Shown here: positions 9,338 to 18,524 of the stretch, piece by piece
Numbering within the stretch: position 1 is the first letter of the stretch
Layout: each line of letters begins with the position of its first letter
Origin: Candidatus Eiseniibacteriota bacterium
GTDB lineage: Bacteria; Eisenbacteria; RBG-16-71-46
Assembly (NCBI GenBank): GCA_031366795.1
Contig: JANLOX010000279.1
Location: forward strand, 1-31,676
Direction: 5' to 3'
DNA length: 31,676 bases
Notes under the pieces: model-generated
Database searches by the model: none
Seen by the model: the letters and a program-made list of their open reading frames with translations, nothing else
What the model was told of the DNA's origin: nothing
Position numbers and translations under genes: made by a program

Positions 9338-10690
9338 GCTGTTGGCCTCGTCCGGCGCGGAGCGCTTGCGCGCCGCCATGCGGTGAAGCGTGCGGCGCGA
9401 AATTCCCAGAATGGTGGCCGCCTGCGTGTAGTTTCCGCCCGTGTGCTCCAGTACGCGGTCCACGTAGCGCTCGACCATCTTGTCGAGCGTCACGAGCGAT
9501 GTGGCGTCCGCCGGCTCGTCGAGCCGCAATGACTCCGCGGTGATGACGGTCGAGGTCGACAGCACCATGGCGCGCTCGATCACGTTGGCCAGCTCGCGCA
9601 CATTGCCGGGCCACTGGTGGGCCAGCAGCAATCGCATGGCTTCAGGAGCAAAGGTCTTGTTGACCTGGCCCTGCTCCGCGGCGTAGTGGTGCAGGAAGTG
9701 ATCGATCAGGAGCTCGATGTCGTCGCGCCGTTCCCGCAAGGGCGGCAGCTCGATCTTGACGACGTTCAAGCGGTAGTAGAGATCCTCACGGAAGCGCCCA
9801 GTGCGAACCAGGTTCTGCAAGTTCTGGTGTGTGGCCGCGACCAGCCTGACGTCGACTTCAATTTCGTCATCGCTGCCCACGGGCTTGATGCGATGCTCCT
9901 GCAGCACCCGCAATAGCTTGGCCTGCAGGGGAGTCGACAGATCGCCAATTTCGTCGAGGAACAGCGTGCCCTGGTCCGCTTCCTTGAACAGCCCAATGCG
10001 TGTTGACATCGCACCGGTGAAGGCGCCGCGCACGTGGCCGAACAACTCGCTCTCCAGCAGCCCCTCGGGGATAGCCGAGACGTTCACCGTCACGAATCGC
10101 TTCCCGCTGCGTGGGCTGCGATCGTGCAGTGAACGCGCGACGAGTTCCTTGCCCGTGCCGCTCTCGCCGATGATCAGCACGTTGGTGCGGGTCGCGGCCA
10201 CGCGCGCGACGGTCTTGAACACGTCGAGCATCTGCGGCGAGCGTCCGACGATGCGCTCGATCCGGGGTGACCGCTCGCCCTTGGGTGCATCGATCATCGT
10301 CTGGGTGGCCACACGCTTCTCGATGGCGCGTTCGAGCACCGCGCCCAGCGAGGCCAGCGACGGCGGCTTGGCGAGATAATCGAATGCGCCGGTCTGGATC
10401 GCTTCCATCGCCGAATCCATGCTGGCGTAGCCCGTGATCACGATCACCGGCAGATCGGGCGTGCGCGCGACCACATGGCGCAGCAGGTCCAGTCCATTGC
10501 CCCGGCCCAGGTTCAGGTCCGTGAGCACGACGTCGAAATGGGTCAGTTCGAGGCGCTCGATCGCGCTCTCGAGACTGCCCGCGGTCTCGACCTCATGGCC
10601 GAAATGGCGCGCCATCGCCTCGAGCGCCCGTGCGGTGAGCGGTTCGTCGTCGACAACCAGGATGCGCGCCGGTGCGCGTTCGGTTTCCAT
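9308..10690 (-). CDS. NtrC/AtoC-family sigma-54-dependent response regulator (REC-AAA+-Fis HTH)
   Basis: ILVVDDE, VLTD (phospho-Asp), GESGTGKE, ESELFGHVRGAFTGA, LFLDEIG, RFREDLYYRLNV, WPGNVREL, HTH AATILGISRRTL. Confidence 0.96.
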   Translation of the reverse strand: METERAPARILVVDDEPLTARALEAMARHFGHEVETAGSLESAIERLELTHFDVVLTDLNLGRGNGLDLLRHVVARTPDLPVIVITGYASMDSAMEAIQTGAFDYLAKPPSLASLGAVLERAIEKRVATQTMIDAPKGERSPRIERIVGRSPQMLDVFKTVARVAATRTNVLIIGESGTGKELVARSLHDRSPRSGKRFVTVNVSAIPEGLLESELFGHVRGAFTGAMSTRIGLFKEADQGTLFLDEIGDLSTPLQAKLLRVLQEHRIKPVGSDDEIEVDVRLVAATHQNLQNLVRTGRFREDLYYRLNVVKIELPPLRERRDDIELLIDHFLHHYAAEQGQVNKTFAPEAMRLLLAHQWPGNVRELANVIERAMVLSTSTVITAESLRLDEPADATSLVTLDKMVERYVDRVLEHTGGNYTQAATILGISRRTLHRMAARKRSAPDEANSDTKSHSGQI

Positions 10691-10803
10691 GGGGTAGGAG
10701 GGTCAGGAACAGGTTACGTTTAGCACGCGTGGCGCGGGTTGGCGAGTTCCAGGGGCGCGCGCGAGTGGCTGCCCTGTGAGCGGCATGCTACGCTTCATCA
10801 ATC

Positions 10804-12474
10804 ATGTGGGTCATTGTTGGACTCGTTCTGGGGCTGGCCACGTCGACCGCTGCCGCTCCGTCCGCGACCCCCGACTCCGCGAGCTATGCCGGCAACGAAC
10901 TGGCGCTGCGCGCTTATGCGCAGGGACGCCTGTTGGAGGCGCGCGGCAGTTATCGCGAAGCGCTCGGGGAGTACATCCGTGCCCTGTCGCTGGACCACCA
11001 CGCCGCCGCGGTGCCACGCCGCGTGGCTGAATTGGTCGGGCGAATAGGCGACGCGCCGAGTGCGATCGAGTACGCCGATAAGGCGCTGGCCATCGACTCT
11101 ACCGACGCGCGCAGTCTGTGGATCAAGGGTGCAGCCCTGATGTCCTTGGGGCGCACGCCGGAAGCACTTGCGCCGCTGGTCGCCTGCGTCAACGTGGACT
11201 CGACGCACGCCGAGTACGTGGCGGCACTCGCGCACGCCGCGGAGGCTGCCGAACGCATCGACATTGTGGCGCACGCTTATGAGTTGGCGGTCGAGCTCGA
11301 TCCCGACGACGGCGAGAGCTGGTTCCAGCTGGCGGCCGCGCAGGCGCGCCTGGGCCGGTTCGCTGAAGCCGACTCGAGCATGCGGCAGGCGGCGGACCTG
11401 TCGCCGGTGCGGCCGGGGCAATTGTTCCTGCAGGGCTGGATCGCCGAGAGCCTGGGCCGTGACGATGAGGCGATCGAACGCTACCAGAGCCATCTCGAAA
11501 CGCACCCCAACGACCAGACGACACGCCGCCGCCTCGTGAACCTGCTGGCGCGGCAGAAGCGCTGGGCGTTGGCGTTGCCCGAAGCCCAGCGCGTCACGCG
11601 CGCGGATCCCAACGACTGGGAAACGCTCGCCGTCGAGGTCGAGATCGCGATTCGCGCGGGCAAGACGGCCGAAGCGAAGTCCGCGATCGACCGTCTCGAG
11701 CGCCAGGCCGAGCACGATGTCGATCTCGCGGGAGGGGTGTGCTCCTTGCTGATTCGCTGCAAGCGCGTGCCGGATGCGATCCAGTTCGCCGATGGTTGGG
11801 CGAGCCGGCATTTGCGCGACCCGGATGGCCCGCTGTTGGCCGCGCGCGCCCGCGCGGTCGCCGGGCAGCGCGAGGCGGCGTTGCCGTTCGCGCGGGCCGC
11901 CGTGCTGGCGGCGCCGGATTCGCTGTCGCCGCGGCTGCTGCTCGCGCGACTGTGCACTGACCTGCATCGTTATCCCGAGGCCGAGTCCTCGCTCACCGTG
12001 CTGGCGGCGCGGCGTCCGGCGGAAGCGGTCGTGCTGCTGGAAGTGGCAAGCCTGCGGGAGGATCGCGGCGACACCGAGCATGCCGAGGCGGCGGCGCGTG
12101 ATGCCTTGAAGCTCGAGCCGGACAATGCGCGCCTGCTGAACTTCCTCGGCTACCTGATGGCCGATCATGATCGCGGCCTCGATGAGGCCGAGCGCATGAT
12201 CCGGCGCGCCCTGGTGGCCGAGCCCGACAACGGCGCCTACGTCGATTCGATGGGGTGGGTGCTGTACCGCAAGCACCAGTTCGAGGCCGCCCGCACCCAG
12301 CTCGAGCGGGCCGTCGAGTTGACCGCGGGGGACCCCGTGGTGCGGGAGCACCTGGGCGATGCCTATGTGGAGCTCAAGCTCAAGGACAGGGCCCGGGAGC
12401 AGTACAAGTTGTGCCTCGAGCGCGATTCCGGCAACACGCGTGTGCGGGCCAAGTTGGCCGGAATCCCCCGATGA
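10804..12474 (+). CDS. Exported tetratricopeptide-repeat protein
   Basis: Hydrophobic N-terminal signal-like segment; repeated A..Y..AL.LDP TPR units; C-terminal LNFLGY.MAD..LDEA...YVDSMGWVLY block typical of periplasmic TPR proteins. Confidence 0.85.
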   Translation: MWVIVGLVLGLATSTAAAPSATPDSASYAGNELALRAYAQGRLLEARGSYREALGEYIRALSLDHHAAAVPRRVAELVGRIGDAPSAIEYADKALAIDSTDARSLWIKGAALMSLGRTPEALAPLVACVNVDSTHAEYVAALAHAAEAAERIDIVAHAYELAVELDPDDGESWFQLAAAQARLGRFAEADSSMRQAADLSPVRPGQLFLQGWIAESLGRDDEAIERYQSHLETHPNDQTTRRRLVNLLARQKRWALALPEAQRVTRADPNDWETLAVEVEIAIRAGKTAEAKSAIDRLERQAEHDVDLAGGVCSLLIRCKRVPDAIQFADGWASRHLRDPDGPLLAARARAVAGQREAALPFARAAVLAAPDSLSPRLLLARLCTDLHRYPEAESSLTVLAARRPAEAVVLLEVASLREDRGDTEHAEAAARDALKLEPDNARLLNFLGYLMADHDRGLDEAERMIRRALVAEPDNGAYVDSMGWVLYRKHQFEAARTQLERAVELTAGDPVVREHLGDAYVELKLKDRAREQYKLCLERDSGNTRVRAKLAGIPR

Positions 12475-12506
12475 TCCCGTCAACCCGCCCCCGATTTGAA
12501 TGTCCG

Positions 12507-12531
12507 GGAACCGCAAGGCGGCTCCGGTGTA
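12507..12531 (+). promoter_or_regulatory. Putative ECF-type autoregulatory promoter
   Basis: GGAAC (12507-12511), 16 nt spacer, TGTA (12528-12531), just upstream of the ECF sigma gene. Confidence 0.45.
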
Positions 12532-12541
12532 GGAAGCAGGG

Positions 12542-13177
12542 GTGAAACCACCTTTGGGTCCGGATCGACAGCCTCAGGCTCCAGCAATTCTGAGCCTCTC
12601 CGACGAGGACCTGATGGCCCGTGTCGCCGAGGACGAGGAACGCGCGTTCTCGGAGCTGGTGCGGCGCTATCAAGCGCGGGTGATGAATCTCGTCGGGCGG
12701 GTGCTCAATGACCGGGAATGCGCGGACGATCTCGCGCAAGAAGTGTTCGTCCGGGTCTTTGTGCACCGGCGCAATTACCGGCGGGGCTCGAAGCTCTCGA
12801 CGTGGGTGTTCACTATCGCCGCGAATTTGGCGAAAAATGAAATTCGCCGCCGCGTGCGGCGACGGAACTGGTTCAGCCTCGATGCGCTCCAGGAGACCCT
12901 CCAGGACAGCGCCGCGGTGCTGGCGGATCCGACCGAGGGTCGCGACAAGACGCTCGAACGCGAACAGCTGCAACAGGAGTTGGGCCGCGCCATCGCGACC
13001 ATCCCTGAGAAGTACCGGTTGTCGCTGGTGCTGCGCGACGTCGAAGGGCTGCCCTACGAAGACATCGCGCAAATTCTGGGAATCCCCGGAGGAACGGTGC
13101 GATCGCGGATCAACCGGGCGCGATCGATGCTCAAGCGAAAATTGCAACCCATGATGAGAAAAGAGGCGAGCCAATGA
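12542..13177 (+). CDS. ECF RNA polymerase sigma factor (RpoE/SigW-like)
   Basis: SDEDLM, AFSELVRRYQ, ADDLAQEVF, STWVFTIAAN, region 4 LRDVEGLPYEDIAQILGIPGGTVRSRINRAR. Confidence 0.95.
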   Translation: MKPPLGPDRQPQAPAILSLSDEDLMARVAEDEERAFSELVRRYQARVMNLVGRVLNDRECADDLAQEVFVRVFVHRRNYRRGSKLSTWVFTIAANLAKNEIRRRVRRRNWFSLDALQETLQDSAAVLADPTEGRDKTLEREQLQQELGRAIATIPEKYRLSLVLRDVEGLPYEDIAQILGIPGGTVRSRINRARSMLKRKLQPMMRKEASQ

Positions 13178-13788
13178 AATGCCACAAGGCGCGCAGATGG
13201 TTCAGCGCGTATTGGGATGATGAAATCACGCAGGCTGAGCGCGAGTGCCTCGAGGCCCATTTCGCCGGGTGCGAGCGCTGCCGCGGCGAATACGAAGCGC
13301 TGGCGCGCACCCTCGAGATCGTCACCACGCTGCCGCGCGCCGAGGCGTCGCCTGATTTCGTTGAGCGCACGCTGGCGCGGGCGCGCCGCGCGACTCCCGT
13401 GGCCGATCGCTTCGCCGCCCCGCGTCCCTTGTGGGTGCCGGTGGCCGCGGCCGCCTCGCTGATTCTCGTCGCCATCTCGTTGTTGTCGCCATGGGCAGGC
13501 CACGAGGCGCCGATCCTCGCCAACCGCCGCGCGGTTCCTCAGGAAGCCCGCGTGGTGCCTCCATTCACTCCCGTCCAGGCTGCGCCGTCCGCGGGAACCC
13601 TCGCCTCCGGCGCCAACTCAACGCCGCGCGTGGTATCGCAAGACCAGATGGCGGCGCTCGTCGATTCCTTGATCGACCACAGCGCGGATGTCGATTTCGT
13701 GATCGACCCGGTGCGTGTGAGCCGCGAGCGTACGGCCGGCCGGCGTGTCGAGCCGGTGCAGGGCCAACAGGCCGTCATCTCGTTCTAG
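13174..13788 (+). CDS. Membrane-anchored zinc-binding anti-sigma factor (zf-HC2/ZAS)
   Basis: HFAGCERC (HxxxCxxC); one TM helix LWVPVAAAASLILVAISLL; ATGA overlap with the sigma gene. Confidence 0.9.
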   Translation: MKCHKARRWFSAYWDDEITQAERECLEAHFAGCERCRGEYEALARTLEIVTTLPRAEASPDFVERTLARARRATPVADRFAAPRPLWVPVAAAASLILVAISLLSPWAGHEAPILANRRAVPQEARVVPPFTPVQAAPSAGTLASGANSTPRVVSQDQMAALVDSLIDHSADVDFVIDPVRVSRERTAGRRVEPVQGQQAVISF

Positions 13789-13795
13789 GAGTTTC

Positions 13796-15001
13796 ATGCG
13801 GGCAGCCCAGTTGCATCGCGGAGGTCGCCTCGCAGGGGCAGTGCTGCTGTGCGCGCTGCTGCTCGGCATCCCCGTGGCTCACGGCCCGCAGGCGCAGGGC
13901 ACGTTGTCGGCTATCGAGACCGACGTCGATGTGATCCTCGCCACGACGCGGCCCTCGGTGGTCACCGTGGTGACGGTGCGCGATGCGCCCGAAGGCGTGC
14001 GCACGGAACTCCAGCCTGCCACGCGCATCGGCTCAGGCATCGCCATCGCCGAGGACGAGATCCTTACCACGGCGAGCGTCGTCGATCGCGCCTCGCACAT
14101 CTGGGTGCGTACCTCGAACCGGCTGCAATTCCAGGCGCTGGTCGTGGGCAGCGATCCCATCTCCAACGTGGCGCTGTTGCGCGTGCCGGGCGTGGTGCTG
14201 CCGCCCGCGCGTTTCGCGCTGAGCCGGCCACCGCGCATTGGCGACTGGGTGATCGCGGTCGGCACCACGCGGGACGTCCACGCCCGCTCGGCCCACTCGC
14301 TGGGTACCGTGACCTTCCGCCATCGCGACCCGCGGTTGCCGCTGTGGCAGCTGACGAACCTCGTCTATCCCGGCTTCAGCGGCGCGCCGGTTGTCAGCGC
14401 ACGCGGCGAACTCGTCGGCATGCTGCAGGGTGAACTCGATCCGGTCTCGCAGGCCGAGTTGCTCCCCGAGGAACGCGTGGCGCCGGGTGCCAGCTTCATG
14501 CTGGGCGTCGACGACCTGCGCACGATCTACCTGGCGCTGCATCGCGAACACCGGGTGCGCCATGGCTACCTGGGTGTCAGCTCGCGCGCCGTGAGCGTCG
14601 AGGCCGAATCCGAGAAGGGCGCGCGCGTGCCGCTCGGGGTCGAAGTGCTCGACGTCACCGCGGGAGGCCCGGCAGCCCGCGCGGGGATCAAGCGCGGCGA
14701 CATCATCGTGGCGTTCGAAGGGGTGCAGGTCGAGGATCCCGTACAGCTGGGCCGCTGGGTGACCGCGACGCCGCCGGGGAATGCCGTTCGCCTCGTGTGG
14801 GTGCGCGACGAATTGCGGCACGAGGGCCGTCCGGTGCTGACCGAGTCGCAGACTGCGCTGCAGGAGTGGGCAGCGCCGGGACCGCTCGCCGCCGCCACCA
14901 CCGAGGCGCAGGGAACGCGCATCGCCGATCTGGAACGCCGCATCGAGCGCATGAATCGCGAGCTCGCGCGCCTGCGCAGCTCGGGCGATCCGGCACGCTG
15001 A
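13796..15001 (+). CDS. HtrA/DegS-like S1C protease-fold plus PDZ protein, probably catalytically inactive
   Basis: Signal/TM segment, PSVVTV, GSGIAI, IGDWVIAVG, PGFSGAP, GELVG, PDZ GYLGV...GPAARAGIKRGDII; catalytic His replaced by Ser and Asp by Asn; AGGAG RBS before ATG 13796. Confidence 0.85.
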   Translation: MRAAQLHRGGRLAGAVLLCALLLGIPVAHGPQAQGTLSAIETDVDVILATTRPSVVTVVTVRDAPEGVRTELQPATRIGSGIAIAEDEILTTASVVDRASHIWVRTSNRLQFQALVVGSDPISNVALLRVPGVVLPPARFALSRPPRIGDWVIAVGTTRDVHARSAHSLGTVTFRHRDPRLPLWQLTNLVYPGFSGAPVVSARGELVGMLQGELDPVSQAELLPEERVAPGASFMLGVDDLRTIYLALHREHRVRHGYLGVSSRAVSVEAESEKGARVPLGVEVLDVTAGGPAARAGIKRGDIIVAFEGVQVEDPVQLGRWVTATPPGNAVRLVWVRDELRHEGRPVLTESQTALQEWAAPGPLAAATTEAQGTRIADLERRIERMNRELARLRSSGDPAR

Positions 15002-15011
15002 TATTCGCTCC

Positions 15012-16169
15012 GTGGCCGCGCGCACGCTGAAGATCCGCTATGAGGGCCGCGTGGCCGAGTCGCGCGTGGTGTTCGACGGGGGAGGCCTCGACCGCCTGGG
15101 CGCCCACGCGGCTGCCGGCCGCGCCGCGCGCGACGGCGCTGCCTCGTCGCGGCCCCGCGGCACCAAAGTGCCCGCGCGTCGCGCCCTGCTCATCAGCGAA
15201 CCGCGCGTCGCCCGGCTGTACGCCCGCCGCGCACTCGCCTCGCTGAAACGCCGCGGCATCGATGCGACACTCGTGCTCGTGCCCACCGGTGAGCGCGCCA
15301 AGTCGGCGCGTGAGCTCTCGCGGCTGTGGGACGCATTCGCCGCGCGCGGTCTCGGCCGGCACGACCTGGTCGTGGCACTCGGCGGCGGATCGGTCGGCGA
15401 CCTCGCGGGGTTCGCGGCCGCGTCGTGGCTGAGGGGTATTGAGTGGGTGGGTGTGCCGACCTCGTTGCTGGCGCAGGTCGACAGCAGTGTCGGCGGCAAG
15501 ACCGCGATCGACATTGCCGCGGGCAAGAACCTCGCGGGCGCCTTCCACCAGCCTTCGCGCGTCATCATCGATCCGCAGTTGTTGGCCACCTTACCTCAGC
15601 GCCAGTTGCGCGCCGGGCTCGCTGAGATCGTAAAGCTCGGCATGGCCGTCGACGCCGCGTTGTTCCGCGATGTCGAACGCCACGCGGCGGCACTCGCCGC
15701 CGCCGATCCCCAGACGCTCGCGCGCATCATCGAGCGATCGGTGCGCGCCAAGGCCCGCGTGACGCGCGCCGACGAACGCGAGCGCGAGGGGGGCTCCCGG
15801 ACCGCGCTCAACTTCGGCCACACACTGGGGCACGCGCTCGAAGCGGTGCTGGGCTACAAGGGTCTGCTGCACGGCGAGGCGGTGGCCATCGGGCTGCGCG
15901 TGGCCTCGCGGCTGTCGGTCGAAGCGGCGGGTCTGGACTTGCGCGACCGTGACCGCCTGCTGTCACTGCTCGAAGCTTTGCGTCTACCCAAGCGTATTCC
16001 AGGGCTACCGCTGCGCGCCCTGATGGCGGCGATGCGGCACGACAAGAAAGGCCGCAACGGCAACGTTCGCTGGGTGTTGACGCCCCAATTGGGTCATGCT
16101 AGCGTCCCGCGCCTGATTCCCAGCCGTCTCGTTGAGGCGGCCTTGATCGAGGCCGGAGCCCGTCGCTAG
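15012..16169 (+). CDS. aroB: 3-dehydroquinate synthase
   Basis: GGGSVGDLAGF, PTSLLAQVDSSVGGKT, GAFHQP, LNFGHTLGHALE, LHGEAVAIG, DKK. Confidence 0.96.
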   Translation: MAARTLKIRYEGRVAESRVVFDGGGLDRLGAHAAAGRAARDGAASSRPRGTKVPARRALLISEPRVARLYARRALASLKRRGIDATLVLVPTGERAKSARELSRLWDAFAARGLGRHDLVVALGGGSVGDLAGFAAASWLRGIEWVGVPTSLLAQVDSSVGGKTAIDIAAGKNLAGAFHQPSRVIIDPQLLATLPQRQLRAGLAEIVKLGMAVDAALFRDVERHAAALAAADPQTLARIIERSVRAKARVTRADEREREGGSRTALNFGHTLGHALEAVLGYKGLLHGEAVAIGLRVASRLSVEAAGLDLRDRDRLLSLLEALRLPKRIPGLPLRALMAAMRHDKKGRNGNVRWVLTPQLGHASVPRLIPSRLVEAALIEAGARR

Positions 16170-16201
16170 ACGATCTTCGCGCCGATCCAAATGCGGGCTC
16201 G

Positions 16202-16654
16202 ATGCCGAACATACTGGTCCTACACGGTCCCAACCTGGACGCACTGGGAAGCCGTGAGCCTGCCGTGTACGGGCGCGTCACCCGGGCGGAAATCGACCGC
16301 CAACTCGAACAGCTTGCCACCACATTGGGATGCGCGATCGAGTGCCGGCAGAGCAACCACGAGGGTGTGCTCATCGATGCTTTGTACGCTTCCCAGCCCA
16401 AGGTGGACGGGTTCCTTGTGAACTTAGGCGCCCTGAGCCACACCAGCGTGGCGCTGCGCGATTGCCTGGCCGCGATCGCCCGGCCGGCCGTCGAGGTGCA
16501 CATCAGCAATCCCGCGTCCCGTGATCCCTTTCGCCATCATTCGCTGATCTCCGGCGTCGCCTCGGGTGTCATCCAGGGGTTTGGCGCCGACAGCTACTTA
16601 CTGGGCCTGCGGGCCCTCGTCACCCTTTTGGGAGAATCCCCCCATCGTGGCTAA
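16202..16654 (+). CDS. aroQ: Type II 3-dehydroquinate dehydratase
   Basis: [47 protein letters not shown]. Confidence 0.96.
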   Translation: MPNILVLHGPNLDALGSREPAVYGRVTRAEIDRQLEQLATTLGCAIECRQSNHEGVLIDALYASQPKVDGFLVNLGALSHTSVALRDCLAAIARPAVEVHISNPASRDPFRHHSLISGVASGVIQGFGADSYLLGLRALVTLLGESPHRG

Positions 16655-17204
16655 ACGACCGCTTAAGCGCCCCGGCAAAAACATCAAGCCGAGCAAGGCC
16701 AGTGCCGATACATCGAGCGTCGCACTGCTCGGCGGGACCGGGATGGCGGATCTTCGCCAGCTCATCCAGTTGGTGCAGAAGACAGGAATTGGCGAGCTCG
16801 AAGTGAGTTCGGGTGGTCGCTCGGTGCGGATTTCCGCATCGCCCGCGACCGTCGTGATGGGAGCGGCGCCGGTTGCGGCGGACTCCCGGGCGACGGCTCC
16901 CGCGGCGAATGCTGAAGCCCCGCTCGCGGCTGATGCCGCAAAGCACGCGGCCGCGGCCTCGAACCAGCTGACGATCACCTCGCCGATGGTCGGGACGTAC
17001 TACCGCGCTCCGGCCCCGGACGCCGATGCCTATGTTGAAGTGGGTGACGTGGTGAGCGTCGGGCAGACAGTCTGCATCGTCGAAGCCATGAAGCTCATGA
17101 ACGAAATCGAATCGGAAGTCCGTGGCAAAATCGTCCAGATCCTCGTGGAGAACGCGCAACCGGTTGAGTTCGGCCAGCGGTTGTTTCTCGTCGAACCGGT
17201 GTAG
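16647..17204 (+). CDS. accB: Acetyl-CoA carboxylase biotin carboxyl carrier protein (start GTG 16647 or ATG 16743)
   Basis: LRQLIQLV...IGELEV, Ala/Pro linker, [24 protein letters not shown] (biotinyl-Lys), PVEFGQ. Confidence 0.95.
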   Translation: MAKRPLKRPGKNIKPSKASADTSSVALLGGTGMADLRQLIQLVQKTGIGELEVSSGGRSVRISASPATVVMGAAPVAADSRATAPAANAEAPLAADAAKHAAAASNQLTITSPMVGTYYRAPAPDADAYVEVGDVVSVGQTVCIVEAMKLMNEIESEVRGKIVQILVENAQPVEFGQRLFLVEPV

Positions 17205-17238
17205 AGCGTGATCCAGGGGCCACCCGTCGGGAAGGCTC

Positions 17239-18468
17239 ATGAACATCCGCTCTGTGCTGGAAAAGATGATCGGGATGCGCGCCAGTGACCTTCACCTGAA
17301 GGCCGGCACCGCGCCGATCGTACGCGTCGACGGCGTTCTCTACACGATCGAGGACAAGGCGCCCAGCGCGCAGGAGCTGCGCGAAGTCTGCGACCAGCTG
17401 CTGAGCGAAGAGCAGCGCCAGTACTTCGCCACCCACCACGAAATCGACTTCGCGTTCGGCGTCTCCGGGCTCGCCCGCTTTCGCGCCAACGTCTTCATGC
17501 AGCGAGGCACCCCGGCCGTGGCGCTGCGTCACGTGCCGGTGCAGGTGCCCAGCATCGAAGAGCTCAACCTGCCGCCCGTGGTGCGCGACCTCGCCTTCTC
17601 CTCGCGTGGCATGGTGCTCGTCACCGGCCGTACCGGCGCCGGCAAGTCCACAACGCTCGCAGCGATGATCGACACCATCAATCGCACCACGACGCGCAAC
17701 ATCATTTCCGTGGAAGACCCGATCGAGTTCCTTCACGTCGACCGCAAGTCGTTCATCCACCAGCGCGAAATTGGCCTCGACACGCGAACCTTTGCGGATG
17801 GGCTCAAGTACGTGCTGCGCCAGGATCCCGATATCATCATGGTCGGCGAAGTCCGTGACTTGGAGACCATGCGCACAGCGCTGATGGCGGCCGACACCGG
17901 CCACTTGGTGATGTCGAGCCTGCACACCACCGACGTCGTCCAGACGCTGCAGCGCATCGTGTCGTTCTACCCGCCGCACCAGCACGACGAAGTGCGCATG
18001 AGCATCGCCAGCAACCTGCAGGCGGTGATCTCACAGCGGCTGATCCCGCGCGCCGACGGCAAGGGCCGTGTGCCGGCGGTCGAGGTGATGGTGACCACGC
18101 CGACGATCCGCGAGTACATGCTCAACCCGGAAAAGATCGGCATGCTGCACAGCGTCATCGCCGAGGGCATGACGGAATACGGCATGCAGACGTTCGACCA
18201 GTCGGTGCTGTCGCTGCTGCGGGACGGCCTGATCACCGAACAGGACGCGCTCAAGAACTGCAACAAGCCGAACGAGCTGCTGCTCAAGCTCAAGGGCATC
18301 GAAGGCGCCTCCGACCGCTCCTGGCAGTCGAGCGATTCGGTCCGCGACACCACGCCCGCCGTGGGCGGGATCCCGGCGCTCAACTCCGAGCCGAATCGCC
18401 CGCCGCGCACGGCAGGGGAAATCGGCTCCACGCGCGTGGGCGCATTCAAGAACGACTGGGCGGCCTGA
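17239..18468 (+). CDS. PilT/PilU-family type IV pilus retraction ATPase
   Basis: ASDLHL, RFRANVF.QRG, Walker A TGRTGAGKSTT, EDPIEF, LRQDPDIIMVGEVRD, His box TGHLVMSSLHT, GMQTFDQ; PTIREYML replaces the PilT AIRNLIRE motif. Confidence 0.93.
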   Translation: MNIRSVLEKMIGMRASDLHLKAGTAPIVRVDGVLYTIEDKAPSAQELREVCDQLLSEEQRQYFATHHEIDFAFGVSGLARFRANVFMQRGTPAVALRHVPVQVPSIEELNLPPVVRDLAFSSRGMVLVTGRTGAGKSTTLAAMIDTINRTTTRNIISVEDPIEFLHVDRKSFIHQREIGLDTRTFADGLKYVLRQDPDIIMVGEVRDLETMRTALMAADTGHLVMSSLHTTDVVQTLQRIVSFYPPHQHDEVRMSIASNLQAVISQRLIPRADGKGRVPAVEVMVTTPTIREYMLNPEKIGMLHSVIAEGMTEYGMQTFDQSVLSLLRDGLITEQDALKNCNKPNELLLKLKGIEGASDRSWQSSDSVRDTTPAVGGIPALNSEPNRPPRTAGEIGSTRVGAFKNDWAA

Positions 18469-18486
18469 GCGGACGCTTAACGTCTC

Positions 18487-18524
18487 AGGCCGGGGCCCGA
18501 TACGGGGCCCCGGCCTTTTCATTT
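18487..18524 (+). terminator. Intrinsic terminator after the PilT/PilU gene
   Basis: AGGCCGGGGCCC-gatacg-GGGCCCCGGCCT followed by TTTCATTT. Confidence 0.85.

Noticed and set aside
10798..12516. 572-aa minus-strand ORF
   Set aside because: Antisense shadow of the TPR gene; no motifs; expected in high-GC DNA
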